Shown: positions 55,036 to 64,000 of the stretch, piece after piece
How the letters are laid out: each line of letters starts with the position of its first letter
How positions within the stretch are numbered: the first letter of the stretch is position 1
Assembly: GCA_050331335.1 (NCBI GenBank)
Contig: JBHJGY010000050.1
Location: forward strand, 1,521-65,520
Direction of reading: 5' to 3'
Length of the DNA: 64,000 nucleotides
Origin: Pikeienuella sp.
GTDB lineage: Bacteria > Pseudomonadota > Alphaproteobacteria > Rhodobacterales > Rhodobacteraceae
Made by a program: the position numbers and the translations under genes
Notes under the pieces: generated by a model
The model's database searches: none
Told to the model about the DNA's origin: nothing
What the model saw: only the letters and a program-made list of their open reading frames with translations

Positions 55036-56586
55036 TCAGCCGAACCACCACCGCTCCACATACCGGCCGCCATCGAGGGCCCAGTTGGACGCCACGTCCG
55101 GGCCGTGCTGCACCCGGTCCTGCATGCCGTAGACATAGTTGGCGAAGGCCCAGACGACGACGCCGCCCTCGTCTTTAAGGATCTCCTGCATCTCGGAATA
55201 GATCTCGGCGCGCAGCGCATTGTCGGTTTCGCCGCGTCCTTGGACGAGAAGCTCGTTAAAGCGCTCGTGCTCGAAGTTGGTGTCGTTCCAGTTCGCGCCC
55301 GAGGCGTAGGCCTGGGTGAACATCCAGTCGCAGGTCGGCCGGCCGCCCCAATAGCAGGCGCACCACGGCTTCTTCAGCCAGATGTTCGACCAGTAGCCAT
55401 CCGACGGGACCCGCTCGACCCGCATGTTGATGCCGGCCTTGGCCAAGTGCTCTTGCATCAGCACCGAGGCATCCACTGCGCCCGCATAGGCCGCGTCGGC
55501 CGCAGAAAGCACAAGCTCCTCGCCCGAGTAGCCGGCCTTCTTCAGGTGGAACTTGGCGCGGTCGATATCCTGGGTGCGCTGTTCTAGCTCGGCGGCGTGG
55601 AACGGGACCGAGGGGGCGATCGGGTGGTCGTTGGCAAGCGTGCCGTGACCGAACAGGATCTTGTCCATCAGCTCTTGACGGTCGATCGCGAACTTGACCG
55701 CCAGACGCAGGTCGTTGTTGTCGTAGGGCGCGACGTCGGTCAGCATCGGCGTGGTGTAGTGCAAGAAGCCGGTGGCCTCCTCGATGCGCAGGCCCGGACG
55801 GCGGCCCAGCAGCGACACCGTCTTAAGGTCGACGCGGCTCATCAGGTCGATCTTGTCGGTGGCAAGCGCCGACTGACGGGCGGCTGCATCGGCGACATAG
55901 AGGATCTCGAGCTCGTCGAAATGCGCGCGACCCTCTTTCCAGTAGTCGTCGCGGCGGCGGAGCACGGTGCGCACGCCCGGCTCGAAGCTCTCCAGGATGT
56001 AGCCGCCGGTGCCCACGTAGTCCTGCCAGTTCACGCGGCCGTCTTCCAGCGGCATCATCAGCAGGTGATAGTCGGCCATCAGATACGGGAAATCCGCATT
56101 GCCGCCGGTGAGCTTGAAGCGCACGGTGGTGTCGTCGACAGCTTCGATCCCGTCGATGATCGCGCCAACGTCCTTGGCGGCCGATTTCGAGTCCTCGCCG
56201 CGGTGATAGTCGATCGAGGCGGCCACATCGGCCGCGGTCAGCTTGCGCCCGTCGGAGAAGGTGACCCCGTCGCGAACCCGGAAGGTCCAGGTGGCGGCAT
56301 CGGAGCTCGCCTCCCATTCAGACGCGGCATCGCCGACCAGCTCACCGTTTGGTGCGATTTCGGTCAGCGTCGAGTGCGAGGCGAACCCCACCGAAATCAT
56401 GTAGATATCGGTGTAGCTCTGCGGGTCGAGGGTGTCCGCGGTCGAACCCTCGGCGAGGGCGACGCGCAGCGTGCCGCCTTTCTTCGGCTCGGCGGCGAGG
56501 GCGCCCGTCCCCAGCCCTGCGATGAGGCCGGTGGCCGCGGTGCCTTCCAGGAAGCGGCGGCGGGTGGGTGTCGGTAAGTCGGTCAT
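55036..56586 (-). CDS. ABC substrate-binding protein family 5 (Opp/Dpp-like) with Tat signal
   Basis: TRRRFL Tat motif, PKKGG.LR, LDP, F..R.GV.F.DG, GTG.Y, W..RPT.D, WN.T; no permease or ATPase adjacent. Confidence 0.92.
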   Translation of the reverse strand: MTDLPTPTRRRFLEGTAATGLIAGLGTGALAAEPKKGGTLRVALAEGSTADTLDPQSYTDIYMISVGFASHSTLTEIAPNGELVGDAASEWEASSDAATWTFRVRDGVTFSDGRKLTAADVAASIDYHRGEDSKSAAKDVGAIIDGIEAVDDTTVRFKLTGGNADFPYLMADYHLLMMPLEDGRVNWQDYVGTGGYILESFEPGVRTVLRRRDDYWKEGRAHFDELEILYVADAAARQSALATDKIDLMSRVDLKTVSLLGRRPGLRIEEATGFLHYTTPMLTDVAPYDNNDLRLAVKFAIDRQELMDKILFGHGTLANDHPIAPSVPFHAAELEQRTQDIDRAKFHLKKAGYSGEELVLSAADAAYAGAVDASVLMQEHLAKAGINMRVERVPSDGYWSNIWLKKPWCACYWGGRPTCDWMFTQAYASGANWNDTNFEHERFNELLVQGRGETDNALRAEIYSEMQEILKDEGGVVVWAFANYVYGMQDRVQHGPDVASNWALDGGRYVERWWFG

Positions 56587-57073
56587 GGAACTCTCCCGTC
56601 GTGATTGTTTCACAGAGGGCATCGCGGTTAGCGCGCGTGCCGGTGAAATCAGTTGTCCACCATAATCGCGTTTGCGCAAAGCTCTTCGGTGATCTGGCGG
56701 CTCCGAGACAGGCTAAGGCTAAGGCCAAGCGGGGGCGGGAGCGGGGGCGAGGGCCAGAGCTGCCTCGGCATGCCGGTTGGCCCTCCTCGCTCGGGATGAA
56801 GCTGCTCGGCCATCCGCCGCTCTTGGCAGCGTGACTTTCGTTTCTTGGCCGCATGCTGCGAGGTGATCGTCGCTCACCGCTCCGTCGACTGCCGCCGGCA
56901 GGCATCGCGCTGCTGCATGTCTGTTTACTGCTTTCGTGTAACTAAAAGGTATCAGGACTTGCGAGTTCGAGCGGCGGTCGGCACCCTCTATGCAGATTTA
57001 GCGGTGGAGAAGGTGGCGCCGGGCGAGATGCGTGACGGCCCGTGGCGCGGCCCAGTAAAGAGGAGATGGACGC

Positions 57074-58276
57074 GTGGGCGAGAAAATCACGATCATCAAG
57101 CATGACGACTGGTTTCGGGCTGTTCGCAAGGAAGTCAAGCTGCGACACATCGATCTGCCGGCGCAGAAGTTCGAATTCGCGCTGGAGATGGATAAGGGCC
57201 TGGTCGAGCATATCGACAACGACCCGCTGCTGCAGCAGAAGATCTGGACACCAGGGGTTGATGGTTGGGAATTGTTCGTCCGTGAGGCCGCCGCCATCGT
57301 CGGGACTGCCGATGATGAACTCCATCGGCATGTGATCGAATATGCTCGGATCGATCCCGAAGGCACAAAGAAAAAACTCGAAGCGATTAAAAAGAAAGTC
57401 ATTACAGACGTTGAGAAACAGATGTCGACGACCCTGAATGGTATGAAAAATGGCACCATGCGGGTGATCGAAAACCTAAAGAAAACGAATAAGAAGCTCG
57501 TTAAGTATAAAGCCACCGTGGTCGTGGTATCGCTGATCCGGCTGGGTGCCCTGGGCATGTCACTCGCCGGCGTGATCTTGAGCCTGGGCACCAATGGCTT
57601 CGCCTGGGCCGCGTTGATCAAATCTTGCATCGGCATTGCGCAAGACATCGTCAACAAGAAGAAAGACCTTGCAAAGGTCCATGGCGAAATCGACAAGATG
57701 GTCTCAACCCTGAGCAAGCGGGTCGACAAGCATCCCAAGCTTGCGAAAGGCGCCGAGGTCGGCAACCAGATAATCGCGGGCCTCCTTGCGAAAGAGTTCG
57801 GCAGCAGCGTGTCCAAACTCGGTAGTTTGGTAAACATGCACCGCCAAAAGCGCCTCGTGCTCTGGAAGCGTAATCACAACCTTGCGATCGAGTTGAACAA
57901 GACGTTGAAATCGATCGAGAGTGAGAAGGACATCCCGCCAAAACTTAAAAAGGATGTGGATAAGATCCGGGAAGCCATCATGAACTCGATCACTAAGATC
58001 GGGAAGAATGAAGAGATCCTGAAGAAGGCCGAGGTCTACGAACGGCAAATGGAGGCGGCGCTTAAGGACCTTAAGAAGGCGACCTCGGCGAAAAAGATCA
58101 AAGTGATCATGAAGACGATTATGATCACGGCGCAGATCGGTAAGGCGATCGCGCTCGACCTTACCGCCGATGAGAGCTTCCTGCGCGACCTCGGCGATGC
58201 GCTTGGCAAATCCGATGCGGTGCAAAAGGCGGGTGATGAGGCCAACAAGGCGGTCCAGAAGCTGCAGAACGTCTGA
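57074..58276 (+). CDS. Hypothetical Lys-rich all-helical protein with central hydrophobic hairpin
   Basis: 400-codon ORF with AGGAG RBS before GTG; visibly lower GC and frequent AAA/AAG codons; no family recognised. Confidence 0.8.
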   Translation: MGEKITIIKHDDWFRAVRKEVKLRHIDLPAQKFEFALEMDKGLVEHIDNDPLLQQKIWTPGVDGWELFVREAAAIVGTADDELHRHVIEYARIDPEGTKKKLEAIKKKVITDVEKQMSTTLNGMKNGTMRVIENLKKTNKKLVKYKATVVVVSLIRLGALGMSLAGVILSLGTNGFAWAALIKSCIGIAQDIVNKKKDLAKVHGEIDKMVSTLSKRVDKHPKLAKGAEVGNQIIAGLLAKEFGSSVSKLGSLVNMHRQKRLVLWKRNHNLAIELNKTLKSIESEKDIPPKLKKDVDKIREAIMNSITKIGKNEEILKKAEVYERQMEAALKDLKKATSAKKIKVIMKTIMITAQIGKAIALDLTADESFLRDLGDALGKSDAVQKAGDEANKAVQKLQNV

Positions 58277-58377
58277 GTTGGGGATCCGCCTGCTCTGCAC
58301 CCGGGCGAAGTGCGAGACATAGCCGGCATCCTCAGGGGCGGCGGGCGCAGCAGGGGCAGGGGAAGGGCGCGGGAGCC

Positions 58378-59481
58378 ATGCTCGGATCGGACAAGTCTGC
58401 GGCTTCGGGCATCGGGGTGGTTATCGTCACCTACCGAGCCGCGGGCTTCATCGCCGCTTGTCTTGAAAGTCTGTTTGGCGCCGAGTTCCCCGATTTGCGG
58501 GTCGTGGTGGTAGACAATGCCTCGCCCGACGCGACCTGCGATACGGTCCGCAACTGGGCGGCTGAGGGGGGCGCGCGGCCTGACGATCCCGATTGGCCCC
58601 TGCCGGCGGATTTCGCAGCTAAGAAGCCTGTGACCTTCGTCGAGCGCGGCGCCGATGGCGGGGCGCCGGCGGGGCCTGGACTGACGCTGGTCCGGGCAGC
58701 GGATAATCTGGGCTTCGCCGGGGGCGTGAATCTCGGGCTCGCGGCGCTTGGGGTGCTCGGCCCGGGGCAGGCGGCGCGGGCCGGGCTCCTCGGTGTCTGG
58801 GTGCTCAATCCCGATACTGTCGTCGCACCGCAGACGGTTGCCGCCTTCGCCGACCGGGCCCGCGCGCGTGACGCATGGGGTGTGATCGGCGGTCGCGTAT
58901 TGTTCCTGTCGCGGCCCGATCGCATCCACGCCGATGGCGGTCGGCTCAACCGCTGGAGCGGGGCCTGCGCCAGCGTCAACTGGAACAAACCGGCCGCCGA
59001 CTGCCCGATGCCGGCGCTCGCAGGGCTCGACTACATCCCCGGCATCAGCTTTTTCGTCAGCCCGGCCTTTCTCGAGCGGGCAGGACCGATGGATCCGGAC
59101 TGGTTTCTCTACTACGAAGAGGTCGCCTGGCAGCGTCGCCGTGGCCCGCTCTGCCTCGCCCTCGCCCCGCAGGCCGTGGTCTGGCACCGTGCGGGGGCCT
59201 CGATCGGCACCGGGTCGGAGGGGATCGCGCCAAGCGCGCTGTCGCTCTATTTCATGTATCGCAATCGCCTGCGCTTTGTCGCGAGGGACTGGCCGGTGGG
59301 CTTGCCGATCTGCTATCTGGCAGCCCTCGCCACCATCCTGCGGCGGTTCTGCGGGCGCTGGCGCTTTGCGCTGCCGCAGCTTGTGGCCGCGCTGCGGGGC
59401 CTGCATCAGCTGGGCCCTCCCCGGCATGTGCGGTCGCGCCTGGCGCCTCAGGTCTGGCAGCGGCTCGTCCAACGCGGCTGA
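58378..59481 (+). CDS. Glycosyltransferase family 2 (WbbL/rhamnosyltransferase-like)
   Basis: VVIVTY, VVVDNAS.D, NLGFAGG.N.G, LNPD, FLYYEE, V.H..GAS, RNRL. Confidence 0.9.
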   Translation: MLGSDKSAASGIGVVIVTYRAAGFIAACLESLFGAEFPDLRVVVVDNASPDATCDTVRNWAAEGGARPDDPDWPLPADFAAKKPVTFVERGADGGAPAGPGLTLVRAADNLGFAGGVNLGLAALGVLGPGQAARAGLLGVWVLNPDTVVAPQTVAAFADRARARDAWGVIGGRVLFLSRPDRIHADGGRLNRWSGACASVNWNKPAADCPMPALAGLDYIPGISFFVSPAFLERAGPMDPDWFLYYEEVAWQRRRGPLCLALAPQAVVWHRAGASIGTGSEGIAPSALSLYFMYRNRLRFVARDWPVGLPICYLAALATILRRFCGRWRFALPQLVAALRGLHQLGPPRHVRSRLAPQVWQRLVQRG

Positions 59482-59572
59482 TCGCGGTTAGCTGCCGCAG
59501 GCTCGGCCTTGCCGCGCGCCTTGTTCTGGTCGATCTTCGTGGGGCAAGGCTCAGCTCACAGGGCGCGCGACA

Positions 59573-60439
59573 GTGACGGAAGATCCCCCCTATCTCACCA
59601 CGAAGGAGGTGGCCGAGCTGCTTCGGGTCAAGGAGCGCAAAGTTTACGATCTCGCGGCGGCGGGGGAGATCCCCCATCGGCGTATCACCGGCAAGCTGCT
59701 CTTTCCCAGCGCCGAGATCCGATCTTGGATCGAGAGCGGCGCCGAGGCCCCGGCGACCGAGCGTCCGATCTTGCTGACCGGCTCCCACGACCCGCTGCTC
59801 GACTGGGCGTTGCGCGAGTCCGGCGCGGCGATGCCGACGCTCTGGACCGGCAGCCGCGACGGGCTCTCCCGGTTTGCGGATCGGCAGGCGGCGGTCGTTG
59901 GGCTACACATTCCCGAAGACGACGGTTGGAACTGCAAAAGCCTCGCGGCCTGTGGCCTCACCGAGGCGGTGCTCATCGCGTGGGCCGTGCGGTCGCGGGG
60001 CCTCTTGCTGGCGCCCGGTCTCGGCGCACAGATCCGCAATTTCAACGATCTGGCCGGTCGTCGCGTCGTGCGCCGCCAGCCCGGCGCTGGCGCCGCGGCG
60101 CTCTTCGAAAAGCTCGCGGGCCAAGCGGGCCTTGCTGAGGAAGAGATCCTTCCGGTGGCGCGCCTTGCCCGCACCGAAAGCGACGCGGCTGCCATGGTTT
60201 CCGCCGGCGAGGCTGATGCCGCGCTCGGCATCCTGTCGATGGCCCGGCGGTTCCGGCTCGACTTTCTGCCGCTCATCGGGGAGCGCTACGATCTGTTGGT
60301 TGATCGCCGCGCTTTCTTTTCCGATCCGATGCAGCGGCTTGTGGGGTTCGCCCGAAGCCCGGCCTTCCACGAGCGTGCCGGGGCAATGGGCGGTTATGCG
60401 CTCGACGAGGCAGGGACAGTGCGGTGGCTTTCACCCTGA
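59573..60439 (+). CDS. Excisionase-like HTH + periplasmic-binding-fold (molybdate/tungstate-type) transcriptional regulator
   Basis: YLTTKEVA.LLRVKERKVY.L...GEIP, GSHDPLL.WA, GS..GL, RQ.GAG, G.ADA.LG, ERYDL. Confidence 0.85.
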   Translation: MTEDPPYLTTKEVAELLRVKERKVYDLAAAGEIPHRRITGKLLFPSAEIRSWIESGAEAPATERPILLTGSHDPLLDWALRESGAAMPTLWTGSRDGLSRFADRQAAVVGLHIPEDDGWNCKSLAACGLTEAVLIAWAVRSRGLLLAPGLGAQIRNFNDLAGRRVVRRQPGAGAAALFEKLAGQAGLAEEEILPVARLARTESDAAAMVSAGEADAALGILSMARRFRLDFLPLIGERYDLLVDRRAFFSDPMQRLVGFARSPAFHERAGAMGGYALDEAGTVRWLSP

Positions 60440-60489
60440 TGCAGCCGGACGGGAGGCGAAGCTCAGGGCTCAGACCCCCGGCCTAATCC

Positions 60490-61320
60490 TCACTTGCCGG
60501 CATTGGGGAAGAAGAGCTGCTGACCGTCGACCTTGTAGGCGCCGATCGCCGCCTGACCCGCCGGGGACAGCACCCAGTCGACGAAACGGCCACCGAGCTC
60601 CGCTTTCACATGCGGGTGTCGTTCCGGATTTACGAGGATGATGCCATATTGGTTGAAGAGCCGGGGGTCGCCCGCGAGCGCGATCCGATGTCCGCCCTTG
60701 TTGCCGAAGGCGATCCACGTCGCCCGATCGGTGAGCACGTAGGCGCCGAGGGCGATCCCGGTGTTCAGCGTTGCCCCCATTCCGGCGCCGATCTCACGAT
60801 ACCAGCTGCCCGAGGCGGCGGCGGTGTCGATCCCGGTCGCTTGCCAGAGGCGGCGCTCTGCCTTGTGCGTGCCGCTGTCGTCGCCCCTTGAGGCGAACAT
60901 GGCCCCCGCGCGCGCGATCCGGGCGAAGGCTGCGACCGCATCTGTCATGCCGTTGATGCCGGCGGGGTCTTCGGCGGGGCCGACCAGGACGAAATCGTTG
61001 TACATAACATCGTGGCGCGCCACCCCGTGCCCGTCGGCAACAAACTGCTCCTCAGCGGCCTTGGCATGCACGAAAAGGACGTCGCCATCGCCGTTTGCCG
61101 CGTTGCGGATCGCCTGACCGGTGCCGACGGCCACCACGCGAACATCGATCCCGGTCTCCGCCTCGAAGATTGGCAGGATGTGGTCGAAGAGCCCCGAGTT
61201 CTCTGTCGAGGTGGTCGATTGAACGAGGATGAAGCGCGCCTCGGCCGCGGCGCCCGAAGCCGCGAGGCCCAGGCTGAGAAAGGTGGCGGCGACCATGGCG
61301 ACCAGCTGTCGTCGGCTCAT
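60490..61320 (-). CDS. tupA: Tungstate ABC transporter substrate-binding protein
   Basis: STTSTENSGL, VGTGQA, HA...E, MYNDF..VGP..DPAG, SRGDDSGTH, DRATW, NQY. Confidence 0.93.
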   Translation of the reverse strand: MSRRQLVAMVAATFLSLGLAASGAAAEARFILVQSTTSTENSGLFDHILPIFEAETGIDVRVVAVGTGQAIRNAANGDGDVLFVHAKAAEEQFVADGHGVARHDVMYNDFVLVGPAEDPAGINGMTDAVAAFARIARAGAMFASRGDDSGTHKAERRLWQATGIDTAAASGSWYREIGAGMGATLNTGIALGAYVLTDRATWIAFGNKGGHRIALAGDPRLFNQYGIILVNPERHPHVKAELGGRFVDWVLSPAGQAAIGAYKVDGQQLFFPNAGK

Positions 61321-61343
61321 GCGGGGGTCTCCTTGGGTATCGG

Positions 61344-62141
61344 TCAGGTCTCGACTGTGTTGACGGGGATGTACAGGCGCCCCTCGAGCCAGGCGCGTGC
61401 GGCCTCGGAGTGGGGCGCGCCCAACACCTGCGCGGTCGGGCCGGCTTCGGCGATGCGCCCGCCGGCCATGAAGACCACTCGGTCGCCGAGGCGCTGGGCC
61501 TGCCCTTTGTCGTGGGTGACGAGGACCACCGTGATACCCAAGGCGTGGGCCTCGCTTATGAGCGCCTCAATCGCGTGGGTGGCGGCGGGATCTAGGCTCG
61601 CCGTCGGTTCGTCGAGGAAGAGCAGCTCCGGCCTGCAGGCCAGGGCCCTGGCGACCGCCAAACGTTGCTGCTCGCCGCCGGAGAGGACGCGGGCGGGCCG
61701 TGTGGCCAAATGCTCGAGGCCGGCGCGGCGCAGGGCCTCGGCGGCCCGGTCTCGGCGCTCAGCCCCGCGGACCCCACGGACCTTGAGCGCGAAGCCCAGA
61801 TTCGCGAGCGCAGACCGGCGCAACATGACCGGGCGTTGAAACACCATGGCCTGGGCCTGCCGGTTCGCGGGGCCGAACGGGCGCCCGCGCCAAAGGATCT
61901 CGCCGGCTGTCGGCCGGAGCAGCCCGTGCATCAGCCGTAACAGCAGGCTCTTGCCCGCGCCGTTTGCGCCCATCACCACAGTGCGCTGGCCGGCAGGGAT
62001 CTCCAGCTCGAGCGGTCCGAGCAAAAGCCGCCGGCCCACCGAATAGCGCAGGCCGCGCGTGACGAGCAGCGGCGCCGCGCCAGCGTCCGACCCCGGCCCG
62101 TCGGGGGCCGCATAGGCGGTATCCGGCGCGGCCTCAAACAT
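61344..62141 (-). CDS. tupC: Tungstate ABC transporter ATPase
   Basis: GANGAGKS, VFQRPVMLRRS, LSGGEQQR, LDEPTASLDP. Confidence 0.9.
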   Translation of the reverse strand: MFEAAPDTAYAAPDGPGSDAGAAPLLVTRGLRYSVGRRLLLGPLELEIPAGQRTVVMGANGAGKSLLLRLMHGLLRPTAGEILWRGRPFGPANRQAQAMVFQRPVMLRRSALANLGFALKVRGVRGAERRDRAAEALRRAGLEHLATRPARVLSGGEQQRLAVARALACRPELLFLDEPTASLDPAATHAIEALISEAHALGITVVLVTHDKGQAQRLGDRVVFMAGGRIAEAGPTAQVLGAPHSEAARAWLEGRLYIPVNTVET

Positions 62142-62841
62142 AGGCCGCCCGCACCGCCGAGCTGCGCACCGCCATCACCAGCGCGTTCACCATCAGCGCG
62201 AGCATCAGAAGAACGACCCCGAGCGCAAGCGCCAGTTCGAGATTGCCCTTCGATGTCTCCAGCGCGATCGTCGTGGTCATCACCCGGGTGACGTGGTTGA
62301 TGTTGCCACCGACGATCAGCACCGCCCCGACCTCCGCCACCGCACGCCCGAAGCCCGCCAGTGCGACGGTGAGCAAGCTGAACCGCGCATCCCATAAGAG
62401 CGCTCCCATCCGCGCAATGGGCCTCACCCCGAGAGAGGCGAATTGCTCAGCATACTCGCGGTGCAGCTCCTCGACGACCTCTTTGGTCAGCGCCGCCACG
62501 ATGGGGGTGACGAGGATCACCTGGGCGATGACCATCGCCGTTGGCGTGTAGAGGAGCCTGAGCGGGCCGAGCGGTCCGGAGGCGGAGAGCATGAGGTAGA
62601 CCAACAGGCCCACCACCACCGGCGGCAGGCCCATGAGCGCGTTGAGCACGATGCTCGCCAACATCCGACCGCGGAACCGAAATGCGCCAACAGCCGCACC
62701 GAGGGGCAGCCCGATCAGACACGCGATCGCCACGGCTGCAAGCGTCACCTGCAACGACAACCCGATGATCCCGATAAGTTCGGGGTCCCAGCTTAGGATC
62801 AAGCCGACGGCCTGGACCAGCGCCCCGCCAAAACTCTCCAA
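62134..62841 (-). CDS. tupB: Tungstate ABC transporter permease
   Basis: NALMGLPPVVVGL.VY..LS..GP.G, FGRA.AEVGA..IVGGNI...TR.MTT.I.LETSKG; TTG start 10 nt after GGAGG. Confidence 0.92.
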   Translation of the reverse strand: MESFGGALVQAVGLILSWDPELIGIIGLSLQVTLAAVAIACLIGLPLGAAVGAFRFRGRMLASIVLNALMGLPPVVVGLLVYLMLSASGPLGPLRLLYTPTAMVIAQVILVTPIVAALTKEVVEELHREYAEQFASLGVRPIARMGALLWDARFSLLTVALAGFGRAVAEVGAVLIVGGNINHVTRVMTTTIALETSKGNLELALALGVVLLMLALMVNALVMAVRSSAVRAAYV

Positions 62842-63560
62842 GGCTTCATTTCCTCCGTGTTTGGAGGAAAGAATGGCAGGAAACGGCGTCAAACGCCAAG
62901 CCGGCGCGGGGATCCGCGGCCGCAGGTCGCGCCCTCGGCGCGGCAGGCACCCTTTGTCCGGATGGCTGACCGGCGGTTGCCGGCCAAGTGGAGTGGCGTC
63001 CGAGCTTGTCTCTTGCAGGCAGCGGCCGTTGCGCCGGCGCCCGAACAACGTGGGTGCCGCAAACTCGCCCGGACGCCGCCATCGCCCTCACGTCTGCCTG
63101 GATCATGGCGCGGGCGCCGGAGCAGTCCTCGCTTGAAGCTGTGCATGGGCTGAGGGAACTGGGGACGCGGCCGATCCGTGCCGGCGGCGGCAGGCTGGTC
63201 TTGGAGCGCGTGCCGAGGTGCCGGCGCCAATCCCGATCGGACCGTCTCCGACAGCGGAGACCTCGGCTGGAAACGCACACCGCCCGTGCCGGTAGTTCCC
63301 GCAAGCGCGTGCGCGCTCGGATATGGCTGCGTTTCGGCAAGCCCGGGACCGTTGCGGTTGCGGACCCGCCGTACCGGGGGTGTCGACCTGCCCGAACGAG
63401 GCGGTAATCTGGCGGCGCGGCGCGGTCCCAGTTGGTAAGCGCGCGGCACAAACCGACAGAAGGCTTGCCGACGTCCCCGAGCAGGGCAAGCGATGGAGTG
63501 CCGACCAACTGCGTGCGGGGCTCTGCGGCCTCATGGCTGAGTAGCCGGAGCGGTAACCTT

Positions 63561-63594
63561 GGCCGGGGCCGGGGCCGGGGCCAGGGCCGGGGCC
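63561..63594. repeat. (GGGGCC)n hexanucleotide tandem repeat
   Basis: GGCC GGGGCC GGGGCC GGGGCC AGGGCC GGGGCC seen directly. Confidence 0.85.
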
Positions 63595-64000
63595 GACTGG
63601 GGGCCGGGCCGATCGATAGGGCTCCCAAAGGGGGGGCGCCGGGTTGCCGCTGCTCCAGACCTTGAGCGGCTTTAAGACCTTTCGCGAGGTCGGCGGTTTC
63701 GGCTTGCTGGCCAGACAGCCCGAGCCGGCGGCTGATGGCCGTCACGTCGATGCCGGGTTCTTCCGCCGCGGCGAGCCCGATAAGGTGGCGGGCTAACTCT
63801 TGATCCCAGGACGGTCGCGGGAGCCGGGGCTCAACGCCGGCTCGGCTGCCTTTGGCGTGGAGGCGCGGCAGTTGGTGACGCTGCGCCTCGCACGACTGGC
63901 GGCCGAACGCCAGGTCGATGGCGATTTCGGTGCCGATCTCCCCGGCGGGGGGAGTTGGGCGCGTCGGGCGGACGACGTTCAACTGGGTCGCTCGAGGTGG

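Noticed and set aside
59573-59740. Excisionase-like HTH as a prophage remnant
   Set aside because: Fused to an oxyanion-binding domain beside tupBCA, so a regulator; no integrase or att site seen

Overview
High-GC (roughly 70% by eye) chromosomal window of a bacteriochlorophyll-containing alphaproteobacterium, probably Rhodobacterales/Paracoccaceae (gcrA, FnrL boxes, bchEJ). From left to right: a DUF849/BKACE enzyme; a hemN / bchJ-bchE islet with two FNR boxes; radC; three co-oriented genes for probable type I-secreted or surface proteins (trypsin-CARDB-RTX protease, G8/beta-helix CEMIP/TMEM2-like protein, mini-RTX protein); a full phoR-pstSCAB-phoU-phoB locus; gcrA and an ABC-2 permease; a ~10.5 kb operon encoding a succinate-dehydrogenase-like complex, a two-subunit Fe-S hydro-lyase, a TTT transporter, TauE and LysR; a GntR / FAD-FeS oxidoreductase / aminotransferase / TRAP / crotonase / CoA-transferase cluster; a bufferin-type MNIO (DUF692) RiPP operon headed by a YHS gene; MscS; a CAP-RTX-DUF4214 protein; persulfide dioxygenase; Rrf2; an orphan Tat-exported SBP; a lower-GC Lys-rich helical orphan; a GT2; and a tupBCA tungstate transporter with an HTH-PBP regulator. 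I saw no rRNA, tRNA, CRISPR array, transposase or integrase. The best candidate for an uncharacterised system is the SDH-like/fumarase-like operon: its active-site motifs are consistently altered and it is linked to a TTT importer and a sulfite/sulfonate exporter, which suggests a succinate-fumarate-malate-like route for an organosulfonate. All family calls come from motif recognition by eye; no searches were run.
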